In this document: piece after piece, positions 23,831-35,854 of the stretch
How the letters are laid out: the number at the start of each line of letters is the position of its first letter
Position numbering within the stretch: the first letter of the stretch is position 1
Assembly (NCBI RefSeq): GCF_963676685.1
Contig: NC_092347.1
Coordinates: forward strand, 89,590,001 to 89,654,000
Length of the DNA stretch: 64,000 bases
From: Mytilus edulis
Lineage: Eukaryota
Reading direction: 5' to 3'
Notes under the pieces: generated by a model
The model's database searches: none
Told to the model about the DNA's origin: nothing
What the model saw: only the letters and a program-made list of their open reading frames with translations
Program-made: the position numbers and the translations under genes

Positions 23831-25656
23831 TAGAAATGTTAGCTATATTACCAAATTTACAAATGCGTCCCCAAAAGAAATAGACAAATTCTTCTAAGAT
23901 CAGCATTTTCTACAGGAGTTTACTATTAATCCACAGGTTTTTCAAACATTACTGAAATTTATCAATAGCAAATTAAAAATCATTAAGCAAGAACATTGAC
24001 TGCAATAGCTCTGTATTACCGAGGCCAAAATATTTGAAAGTCCAAAACCCAATACAAATACTAAGGATCTGTTTATACTAAAATCGACCAAAAGAAATAT
24101 TAGACGTAGACAAGGAATCCGAGCAATGCGTGAAGGAAATACATTTCTACGTATTTAAACTTTTCGAAAAAGTAAGGATTTTAAACGATTAATTTTAGAC
24201 TTGCTTCATGGAAGTCGCATAGATGACTCTTCAATATAGAATGATTTTTTAATGATTAGTTTGTTAATTTGATGTATATTCCTTTTAGTACTTTTGTTTT
24301 TAGAGTGATAAAGATGTTAACTCGTGTTGATTGCTGAAGCCCTATTTTTTACCTACATTTGTATTGTGTTTGTTTTGTTCATGCATCATTGTCAATATAA
24401 TGGAATTTGATGTGACTGTCATACAAGTAAGAGGTTTAGCTAGATATAAAACCAGGTTCAATCCACCAATTTCGACATAAGAAAATGCCTGTAGCAAGTC
24501 AGGAATATCATACTTGTTATCTATTTGTTTGATGTGTTTGAGCTTTTGATATTGCCATTTGATTAAGGACTTTCCTTTTTGAATTTTCCTCGTAGTTCAG
24601 TATTTTTGTGATTTTACTTTTTTAAGTTGAAAATGTAAAGAGGTTTTCTTCTGCTGATCAAATATATCTTTTAGCAAATTTCTTAAAGTCTTCAAGTATA
24701 TTTGATAATTTCTTATTCCTTGATCTTTTAGTATCCTCATCTTTAGTATCAATGACATCAGCAAGTAATATCAACCAACATGGAGTAGACATTACGTTAC
24801 ACATAAGGTCTATTGTATATGTTACAGTTATTAGCAGTATTACTTTAATAATTTTAAAATAAATATCATCTATGGTACTATAGATAAGACAGCATTTCCT
24901 CCTCAAATAATTATAGGTATCAAAACAGTTCAGAACACTGGATACAGAATCATGTATGATGCACACACTGCATATAGAAGTAGTATTTCAAATTTATTTG
25001 AAATCCATACAGTTGATTTCAAATACATTTAGTTAAGTTTATATCATGAATTAATAATGTCAATTGATCAGTTGGACAAACTCTAGCTATTGCTCGTTAT
25101 TAAAAAAATACAAATATCTGTGAAGTTGTAACACCACAGAAGGTTTAACAGTTTACTTAGAACATAACCAGTGGTGCCATCATTGAAAATATCTTATGTC
25201 TGAAAAAAATTGTCTTCCAAAGGGTTTGCTTCTTAATTAGGCTTGTTTCTGGTAAATTGCATAAAAAAATATTGGAGGTTCAAAGTGATCTCTTTTTTAA
25301 AATTAGTACAACAAATCCTTTTATTTTACTGTGAATACCAGAGAAGATATCAAAAGGGCATTCACTAACCATAAGTTAAATACAAACAAACAACACCATG
25401 GCCAAAGGAAAAATGCAAAAGGACAAACAACAAAAACAAAACGGTATGGTAGAAAACTAAAGACTGAGCAACATGAGCCCCCACAAAAAAAACCCCAGGA
25501 GAGAACTAGGTGCTCTAGAAGTGTTAGCAGTTTCTGTTCCACATGTGGCACCTAGTGTGTGGTCAATAAAACAGAAGTTGTTTCTATACACTACAATTTA
25601 AAAAAAAATGTAAACAATATGAATTTAATAATGATTTTAATTAATAAAGATGTGTT

Positions 25657-28600
25657 TTATGTTTCATCCTTTAGTGCTGATGTCCATATATCGCTGGATG
25701 GTTTCTCGGGAAGAATAAAGCCATCAGGAATTCTATTGCCTCCTGGTGTTCCCTCCGGTACACTGAATCTGTCCCAATCACATCTACAAATATAAAACAA
25801 AATACATTTCAGTTTAAAAGGGGGGATAAAATAAACTAATTTTGGCAGCAATATATGGACTTCATCAGTTATCTTCCCTTATTCAAAGTGTAAACTATAA
25901 ATAATTTTTAATAAAACATTTTGCACTCTGAATGCTTTTGATAACTTTTGTTCTTAGGTTGCTCTCTGATTGATATATAGCTGACATCTTTAGATATTAT
26001 AGCCATGAGAACAAAATACGTAATGTATCATATTAACATATTGATGTTTGATCTCATCAGACTATACTGATTGACAATCGCACCTTTTCTTCTTTTATAA
26101 AGAAATAATTTAAATATAACCAATTCAATCATTTTTTAATTATGATACTGTATACAGATCTAAAGATAGTTGTCTTAATATATAATCAAGCTGTGATACT
26201 TTATAAAAGTTTCAATCACATTTTTGGCTGTATCTTATGTCATCTTCATCACTAAGAACAAATTCAAAAATTAATGTTCTGATTTCCAAGTTAAAGATGG
26301 AACAAAACCTGAAGGAAATCATCTAGCAATGGGGAAATTCAAAATGATCCTTTTAAGGATGTTCACTTGTCATGTTTTGGGGATTTTGTTCAGATTTTCA
26401 GAACCCTCTAGATCTGGTTTTATCCATTTGAATGTCTTTTTTTTGCCCATTGACCCCATTTTCTTTTTTTTTAATTTTTTACCTGAATACTGTATATAAG
26501 CAATCTGTAAAAGTCTTATACAATTTTAAGTATTATTTGATAGTTTTTGAGATTTAAACTTGTCAATGATAAAGCTACGATAAGTAAGGAGAGAACATTT
26601 TCTCGCCAAAATTTCATTGGCTAATATCTCAAAAACAAGCACATTGACCAATATATTTTTTTGCTCTTTGATTCCTTTATTAATCACCTATCAATGTAAA
26701 GTAGTGTTTTGAAAAGTTACAGTTCTTCTATAAAAGCATGCAAAACAAATTATTGATCAACTTGCTTGCTAGGTTTGCTTGGTTGTTTGCAAACAATAGG
26801 TAGGCGGAGTTTCAGTCTGTTTTTATATTTACTGGGATTTGATTCGACAATAAGAATTGACATGAAATGAATTTAATGTCTATTGTCCAATCATATTCCA
26901 GTAAATAGTAAACACACTGAAATAGACTACATACCTGTTGTTTACAAACATCCAAACAAATATAGCAAGCAAGTTAATCAATTGTTTGTTTTGCATGCTT
27001 TAAAAGAAGAACTGTAATTATTTTTAAACTGAGAAGCGAACTCCCTTAATGGCATGAGTAATCAGAGATACAAATTATTGTTTTGCTAGACAATTGGCTT
27101 CTGCCAACTAATCAACTTTTCTCCATACCTACTTTTTAGAATTTGTTTGAATAGTTCACTTTTAATACAGTATGATTATTTGTATATCTGATGGGAGTCA
27201 TAATAGTACTAACCTGATTTGAAGTAAGGAATCAACAGATACTTGAGCTTGGTCATAATACTGACTAAACATAAACATTGGATCATTCATATCTACTGGC
27301 TCTGAAATAAAATCAAGAGCTTGGTCATAATACTGACAAAATATAAAACATTGGATCATTCATATCTACTGGCTCTGGAAATAAAATCATGAGCTTGGTC
27401 ATAATACTGACAAAACATAAACATTGGATCATTCATATCTACAGGCTCTGGAAATACAAATCATAGGAACACATGCATTTCCAACAGCCAATTGAATATT
27501 GAAAAGAAATTATGAGCAGCAGGTCTATATCTTAAATACTTTTTAAGCCTGTGTTTTCATAAATGGTAATTGATTGAAATCATAATTTCCTTTTCCTGTA
27601 ATTGTTGTATGCAGAATCTCACAATAGTATGTATTTCATTGGTTATTCAAATTCATTGCTTATTTGAAATTTATTATCCATTCAAAATCATGTAGTTACA
27701 TTTAGAATATAATATGAATTTTTCAATATCCCATAAGATCAACCATTTAATCCATGAACTCTGTTGAACAATTTTATCAGTTGACTTTAAAAATGTGTAA
27801 AATTTGTTATTTGGAAACAATTATGTTTTGTATATTATTTAAAAATTTTACCTGATATGTCAATAGTTTATTAAGATCCATCTTTAAAAAATTTACTTCA
27901 ATTTGCAAAATAACAAGATTTTATCAAATGTGAAATATCAAACTATATAACTCTTTATACATGTTATATCTCTGGTAATAAATATATAAACCTACATGAA
28001 GTTCTTGGGATTTTTCTTGTCTGTTTAAATGAAAACATATAAATTATTACAAATGTAAATTTTATTTACCTGATTCACCAAATAATAATTGATCATCTTT
28101 CTTTTGTCTTTTTATTTCAAGACTACGTAAAATCTGTTGTAATTTCTCTCTTTCTTTCTCCTTGTTTTCTTCCTGTTCTATATCCAACATCACCTATTAA
28201 CAATAAATTTGACATAGTGACTCTGATTAAGCTACATGACTACTACTGCCTTTTTAACTTGAAGCTCTGTACTTTTATGTTGAAGGTAATTGTGAACTAT
28301 ATGGATAACTTTAATTTACATACCAATAGAAAGTCCAGCATATATCTACTACTTCAGAATTGATGGTTGAACTTAATAATTATTTTAAGAAAGGCATTTC
28401 CTTGGCTTTATATACATGAGAACTATCAATAGAGAACTTCTTTAAATCCCCAGCATTAGGACTCTGATAAGACAGATGTCTAATTACCAATCATACCACA
28501 TACCCTTGTTTTACATTAGTTTTCTATAAAGATATTTTGGGAATTGAAGTTGGAGATAATTAAGGAATATGTTATAATTAATACTTGATCGAGAATAAAT

Positions 28601-31600
28601 ACTAGTGCAATAATATTTCTCCTATATTGCCACAAGATGGATGAATGAAATTTCAAGATGAATGATCTCATTAATTATAAACTATTTTCCTTTTAATACA
28701 CTATTCCCAAATATTTAATGGATTTGTCACCAAGTCCATTCTCATATATCATACATACCAAGTGGAAAGATGAACATTATTTAAGTCACCTCATATTTAT
28801 ACCAATATGACTTTATCAATTGTTTTTGTTGCTTTGAAATATAATGTAAGATGAATTAAAGGCAATAAGATTAATGTCAACTCCATGAGATGATTTAACT
28901 GATAGGGACATTACTAACCTGCAGTGCTTTATTTTCAGCAGTATAAACTTTCTTTTGTGTTTTCACAACATCCAGACAATCTTGAACTTTATCCTCAAAA
29001 TCTGCATCACTCTCTGGTTTGGTGTTTACTCCTTAAATGGTCAAATATTTAGTTTAAATCAAAAGAAGAGAAACTTACACTTAATTATACTTTATATATA
29101 AAACATTCCCATCCTGCTATGAACAAAATCTTATCAGAGAAAATATACCCATCCCATTATGAGTGTGGAAAAATTTTGGTGTAATTTAAACTTTCAAAAT
29201 CATACAGCCATTATTACAGAAATAAAAAAAATATTCGTTTAGTAGGTCTCGGATATTTCCAATAAGGTATTTTTTTAATGAGTGTTAAAACTATGAGTCA
29301 CTGTAGCTCCCTTTTTTCACCTGATAAGATCTTGAAGAGAATCTTTGTATCAATATAAGATCAATTATTCACAGAGTTTGGTCACTCATAAATAACCTGT
29401 TTAATTAAAAAATCCTGTTTTATTTTAATTTTATATAAGATCATACAGGTATTATTTCTACTAAGTAAGGAGTAAAGAGAAGCATTTTTGTAACAAACCT
29501 TGCTGTAATAATCTATCTTTCCTCAATTTTCTGAGTTTAGTCAGATTTTTCAGTAAATCTGTGGCTCTTGTAATATCTTGTGTTTTCTTTCTGATTTCAC
29601 CCAGAACTTTGTCTGCAATCTGCTTCAACTCTTTTTGCTGTATAATACACCAAAACGGAAATATATGAATAGGGCTTCTCAACTCATGTAAATAATAACT
29701 ACATAAAACAGGCATTCTGCTATCGGTATAAAATCAAGGTAATACATAAATTTTAATGGGTTAAAAAAATTATTTTCTAGACCAAGCTTCAACGGGAATG
29801 CACAAAGTTCTTTCTTCAATGTTCTTAAAAGTTTTCAGTCGATATAAGCATATAAAATGTATTAATTATCTTGGTTATTTTAACATGTTTAATACATTTT
29901 GTCATCCATAAAAAATGAACAGATCTAATTTTTATGTTGGAAAAATTATCATGAAATTCTTTCTTTGTAAAGCTTTAACGTTTTTTTCACATCACAGCCC
30001 ATAGATACATTAACAAACACTACCTGTCTTTTGTTACCGTATTTATCATGGACTTTCTTTAACCTCCCATCTATTTCCTTGTGTAATTGTTCTCTCTGTT
30101 CTAATTCTCTCTGTCTGGATAAATATTTCTCTTCTCTTTGTTTCTTAATCCTCTCCTAAAATGAAAGTTCATTCAATTATAAGCAAACAAAAATTCTAGT
30201 GAGAAAAATAAAATGTTGGTCATTTTGCTTTTCTTGATGTGTTGTTGTTCATGGAGAATTACCCAAAACATATTTCAAATTTGAGATCAATATTAGCTGT
30301 TTGTTAGAATAAATTTGTACATGCATATGGTATTTTACTAAAATCTTTCAAAATAAATTAATGTTTATAACAATTAATATTCTGTTTATCTTGGTATGCA
30401 TCTATCCTTTAAGGTTGTTTTGTATTTGTTAGCTGTTGGTTTTGTTTTTTTAATTAATTTTGTAATATCTGCCAGAAGATATGATAGTCCAGTTATCAAT
30501 ATATATTTGTTCCACGTAACAGAAGTTTCCTACATACTTTTTTGTATAAACAATGCAATAAAATTTGTTCCTTTGCCCTTTATTCAGTAAGAAACAAATA
30601 CTGTAATATTTGTTCCAGTGGCAATAATATTACAGAATATTTTTTTGACTTTCATTATGACAGAACTTCTATTTCATGTCGAAGGTGCTGGTGGTGAGAT
30701 TCAGTGTGATTTATAGTGTTATCCTGTCTTAAATTATTTGTAAAAAACAAACTACACCAAACTAAGAAAATTGAACTACAAAATTGAATTTTAACTGGCT
30801 TGAAATATCTTTTTTCAATACCTCTGATTATTAGTATCTCCATAATCAGAAATGTTTTGTCATTTACAAATTTAAATTTAATTGATGGAATTCTAATAAT
30901 TTTAATCTAGCGATATATATATATTTAGTGTATTGTAACCCATGGACAGACCTAAACTTAAGTGACATAGTTTTAGTGTTAAGGTATTCAAAATCTTTAC
31001 TCTGTAATGTAATGTAAAATTGTGATATGTTTGTTGTACAACTTCATATCTGTTCATGATATCACCAGTTTCTAGACTCTTTGAATATAATCATATCTAT
31101 GTGTTCCTGTACTGTGTCAATTTTTTTCTTTCAAAATTTAGACTTTTAGAATGGTGACATCATGTTATCCAAGAAAAAAAAAGTTCAAAGAAATACTTTA
31201 ACTAAACTATGAAAAACATCCAAATAAAAACTATGATAAAACAAGGGTCATGGACGTCTGAACTGATATCAATTCAACTGCAAACAAAGTAATTTGCAGT
31301 TAAAAGATTTGTTGAATCAGATCATAGAATGAATGAAATGTCAACAGTAATTGAAGCTGAAAGGATATAATACAGTAATGCAAAAGGATATTTGTATAAA
31401 CAGGCTAATAGTATTCTTTTTGTCCAGCTAGAATGTTCACATACTGAAAATAATACAAAAAATAAAGTTATTTCCAAATTTCATTTAATTTTTTTATATG
31501 ATGTTGTGTTTATAGTATTCATCTAATTATTTTATATTCCATAATCATTTTACAAACAATACACAAGGCGTTAGAACTTTTTACCATTCATTATCCCAAC

Positions 31601-34600
31601 GTTATCAAATTAACCAATGTTTGGATGAACAAAATTACTGGACCCGACTTCATTTGTTTGTCAACTCTTCTTGTACAAACACCGCTTATTCATACATCTA
31701 ACTTTAGTTTTTTATGTACAAATGTATAAAGTAATTTTTCTTTAAGCATTTAATGAAAACTATCTTCATACATGTTATATGTGTCAGTACAGTACAGTTA
31801 ATACAGCTAAAACATTGCCCTTTTCAGGTTTTCTTAAAATGTTTTGAATGAATTTACTTTGCCAACCCTAGACACATGATCTCATCTACTTATTCAAGAT
31901 AAAAACAAATTAATAACAAATGAATGTGTTTCTACTTATACACGCACTGTACATGTATTATAATTTAAACCTGAAACTAACCTTCTTTTTGATGAACCTT
32001 ATAACTGATACTTTTGAAATAAATTGAAAATCATAACTTCATAAGGGAACTAAATAAACTGGGATAATTTGATTCCAAAAGGATATGAAGGATCAAAGCT
32101 CAAAACCATATCATCTATCAGCTACAAAATTTCTGGCAAAGACAATGATCAAATTATATTACATGAATTGTAATACAAAGGGAGGAGGATTCTTATGGTT
32201 GAGGAGTCTTAAATAGAAGGTTTGGGTTAATGGTACATGAATAACTAAAGCCTTTTATTATTTTCATAACCATTGGATATTTCAGGAAAATTCTGAGCTG
32301 TTTAAAGTTTTGCACAACTTTGACACAACAAATTAATAGCTTTCAACAAACCCTTTTTTGCATCCTCTTCTTAACTTTCATTCTTAAATCCAGAACATCT
32401 ACTGTGGACAAATATTTCCTTATGGCATCCATTTCATCCTGTACAAATATAGACATTTCGAAATTATTTTCAAAAATAAAATAAAGATATTATTGGTATT
32501 CAAATGAAGAAATTTTAATGAATCATTTCAATCATGTCAATATGTATGTAATGTATGTGATTAGATCCATACACATGTACATTGTAGGTACAAATGTATT
32601 GGTACTAAAAACAATTGTTACATCATTCAGCAGTATACATTATATATATGTAAATTTATTTAAATGAATTCCATCTTTTTCAAGTTTCAATTATTTGCAC
32701 AAAGCATTAAAAAATCAGCAATCAAACAATTATCTATACATTCTATATGCATGATACAGATGTATGTTTAACATACAAATGTACATGTACACATCCCATA
32801 CAAAAAAAATCCATAACAACTAACAACATGGAACATCTGGATTCCTGTATAGTTTAAATATTTCTCTTCCATGATTCTTTATAGTTCTTTCATACCTTCA
32901 ATTTATTAGTTGTTCTCATTTCTTCCTCAATCTGATGTTGATCACATGATTTTAAAATCTTGATCTGTTTTTGAAGGGATGCCATCAGAAACATCATTCT
33001 TTTTGTTTTTTCTTGGACATCATATAGCTGAAACATATTATGAAAATTGAAAAAGATGTGTATAAATAAAGCAATCTTGCATTAAACCCTACAAAATTTC
33101 AACTGAAATATATACTTTTTGCATAAAGAATTAAAAGTTTTTCCAACATGCACATTTAAATGCTTTGCATACAATGTTTGTACATTGTAAAGACAAAATG
33201 TTTGAGACTTTACTTTGTAACAACTACTGCTTCCCTTAGTTGGTATCTCAAGGAAAACAGACTTGCTGTAACCCTAGCCTGGTCCCTTACATACATTTGT
33301 ATAACCAACATGACCAATCAACAAGTGTACACATGTATATCTTAACACCTGTAGATGGTTTAATCATGTCCAGTTTTATTTACATTAACTTAACAATTTT
33401 TTAGGGGAAAAGATCCTTAGCTTTGACTTGTTTGATGGTCTCAACCTGTGTGATATATGCAATAGTCCAACAAAAAGGTAAATTAATGTCTGTTAAGAGT
33501 TAAAACTTTACTTGCAACTTTGAAACTTACACATATAATACGTTTTGGCCTGACCCATAGAGTCTTGTACTTTGAACAAAATTGAGGTTGCTGTCTAATT
33601 GATGTGTACCCTACATTATGTAGCTACAAGTACACGAGACATGAAGTACAATGTCATGAATGAAACATTTATCACATCACAATACAGTTCAATAATTCAA
33701 TCGATTGAATCTTGTTTGTCTATCATTGGAATGTTGCAATACTTATTTTAGAATTGTACTTCAGCGTATTTTCACTAGATCATTTATGACACTGCTCATC
33801 TATATATATTGATATATAGATTGAGTATTGTTAGCCGGTAAACAGACAGAGAGTCACAAGACATGAAGTCACAAATTTGATAGGTCAAAAAGTCACAGGA
33901 CAAAAAGTCACATATAATTCTTCAACAATTGTTTGAATATACATGTATAAGAGAAAGATCCAGAAATATTTTCTTTTTACTACATACATATGTATATTAA
34001 TTTTTCAGATAAGGAAATTTGTCACAGGTTTTGATAAATGAAAATTCATCACATTTTAATCATGCAAAGAATATATTTCTTAGCACCATGAAGACATTTG
34101 TGTACCAAGCAACTTTGACATTTTGTTTTAATAACAATTATTTGATCATTATTGATATTTATTGAAAACATTTTAATTACAAAATTAAAGTTGCCTTTTA
34201 TATCATTGTATATAATAGTTCAAGAAAAAACAAAAATATTCGTTTTTAAATTTGTGTTTTCTTGTTCAAAGAAATATACATGTAGTCTCAAAACTGAATT
34301 GTGACTTTTTGTCCTGTGATTTTCTGTCCTACATTTTTGCTAGCCAATTCTTACATTAACTGGTGTTTTGACACATTCTTTTTTCTGGACCTTCCAATCA
34401 TCAGATTGTATTCCTTTTCTATCAAGCCATGATTTTATCCACTCTGTATCTTTTTCTTTCCCTGGCAGTACAGTTGCATGTTCTGTCTGAATTAATTCTT
34501 TTTTAAGTTGAAACGGCTGCTGGTGGTGCTGCTGAATTTGCTGATTCATAACTGGCTTGAGTGGAGGAGGATGAGAATTTGGAGGAAACGGATTTGAACC

Positions 34601-35602
34601 TGCGTAGGGTTTTGGTTGAAAATTAGGTGGTGGAAATGGATTAGGAAATCTGTTCATTGGTGGTGGCATTCCAAGCTGATTATTTCTGAATTGCATATCA
34701 TTTTGCAAAAATGAATTGGAAGGAGGTGGACAATTTGGGATCATCATTTGTACAGGTTGAACTGATTCAGGAACACTAACATGACTAAGTCCTTGGTAGT
34801 CCAATGGTTTTGTAAATTGGTGAATTTGAGGATTTGTATGATCTTGTTGTCTATTGTCAAACGGTTTTTCAGTTTGTGCGAAACTCAAAGAACCCAGCAA
34901 TTCAGAACTTTGTTGAGGTGATATTATGCTTGACCTTTGCACAAGTGTGGTGCTTTCATCCTGATCAGGAATAACATCAAGACCTGGAATTTGCATATTC
35001 TGTGAATTGAAAGTTGATTTTGATTTTTGTATTTCTTCTTGTGCAACTTTTGTAAAAAAGTTTCCACTACCTTTACTGTCAAGAATTTCATTCTTCTGAT
35101 CATTCATTGACCAGTTAAAAGGTTTTTGATCATTCATCGACATGTTGATAAGTGGAGCCTGGTGATAGCCATCGATTGATGTTTGAGGTGTAATTCTCGA
35201 GTCAGAACTGTATTTTGCCATGCCAGTCCTATTGCGATTTGGATCTCTCATAGACATAGAAGTGTTTAGCTCCCAGCTTGAAGGTTGTGATTGGTCTTGT
35301 TGGCTGCCTTGTGTTTGCCCTTGGTTGTATATTGGAAATGAAGAAGGCCCTTGTGGTCTACTACTTTGAACATTGCGATTATCAACTCTTTCTTCAAATG
35401 AGCGTTGATTTTGCCCGTGTTCATTATTTGGAAAATTGGACGTGATAGTGTTTGTGTTTTGAAACCTTCTTGGTTGGTTATTTCTTGGGGTGTACTGTCC
35501 CGGTGTTCGTGGAGGAAAATTGTGTCTCTGGTTTTGGCCTCGTGTGACAAATCGAGGATTTGCAGGCCGAAAGTTCTTTCTGCTGTTATTTCGACTGTAC
35601 AT
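25657..35602 (-). CDS. PDCD7: programmed cell death protein 7 / U11 snRNP 59K; exons 35602-34355, 33027-32896, 32438-32352, 30155-30024, 29637-29499, 29031-28919, 28193-28070, 27301-27214, 25783-25657 (729 aa)
   Basis: All introns GT-AG, phases consistent, total 2190 nt. Motifs ELKQIADKVLGEIRKK..LTKLRKLRK, ENKALQVMLDIEQEE, FSQYYDQAQVSVDSLLQIRCDWDRF and IPDGFILPEKPSSDIWTSAL match the recalled PDCD7 C-terminal domain; Pro-rich N-terminal region. Confidence 0.92.
26357..27045. mobile_element. Kolobok-like element (same family as 16150-16482) carrying a nested MITE
   Basis: TTAA flanks; TIR GGATGTTCACT / AGCGAACTCCC; colinear with the 16150 copy except for the insert. Confidence 0.78.
26720..27014. 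mobile_element. fold-back Tc1/mariner-type MITE
   Basis: TA TSD; long imperfect TIRs CAGTTCTTCTATAAAAGCATGCAAAACAAA / TTTGTTTTGCATGCTTTAAAAGAAGAACTG; empty site visible in the 16150 copy. Confidence 0.85.
27245..27464 (-). repeat. three tandem 73-bp copies of the PDCD7 exon 8 acceptor plus exon 5' portion
   Basis: CAG acceptors at 27304-27302, 27377-27375 and 27450-27448, each followed by AGCC(A/T)GTAGATATGAATGATCCAATG. Confidence 0.92.
31360..31470 (-). promoter_or_regulatory. USSE-like element: tandem U12-type 5' splice-site motifs downstream of a cryptic U2-type 3' splice site (PDCD7 intron 3)
   Basis: Sense-strand ATATCCTTT at 31391-31383 and 31368-31360; acceptor TAACTTTATTTTTTGTATTATTTTCAG ends at 31444, 52 nt upstream; in-frame TAG after 12 codons. 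Confidence 0.65.
31982..32132 (-). other. candidate 151-nt poison exon containing a second U11-binding module
   Basis: Acceptor TGTCTTTGCCAG ends at 32133; in-frame TGA at codon 5; TGATCCTTC-ATATCCTTT at 32095-32078; donor AAG|GTTAGT at 31982/31981. Confidence 0.5.
33837..34336. mobile_element. MITE with subterminal GGACAAAAAGTCACA repeats (possibly Mutator-like)
   Basis: Inverted subterminal arrays at 33845-33912 and 34300-34333; possible 9-bp TSD TTGTTAGCC / TTGCTAGCC. Confidence 0.6.
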
Positions 35603-35854
35603 CTTTCTTATCCGTTTCTAATTAAAAAGTTGTTTTTTTTGGTTGGATTTTCATGTGCGCTGACATCTTTAATCTCGTATATTCGTGACTTTAATTTTAT
35701 TGTTAATTGCAGCAATAAAAAATTTTATTGTGTAAAAGAGATTCATAATAGACAAAAATATTTATATTTGGCGTTCAAAATACAAAATAATAATAAAAAG
35801 AACAGTATATTATCTTTTTGTGCGACATCACGTGATCATAACAAAAAATCCAAA
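35603..35854. promoter_or_regulatory. bidirectional promoter between PDCD7 and PTAR1
   Basis: Only 252 bp separate the two divergent ATGs; palindromic E-box ATCACGTGAT at 35827-35836. Confidence 0.8.

Noticed and set aside
30156-32351. A genuine U12-type (AT-AC) intron within PDCD7
   Set aside because: Exons 3 and 4 join in frame through GT-AG sites, and I see no TTCCTTAAC-like branch point or AC acceptor before exon 4; the motifs fit an enhancer role better.
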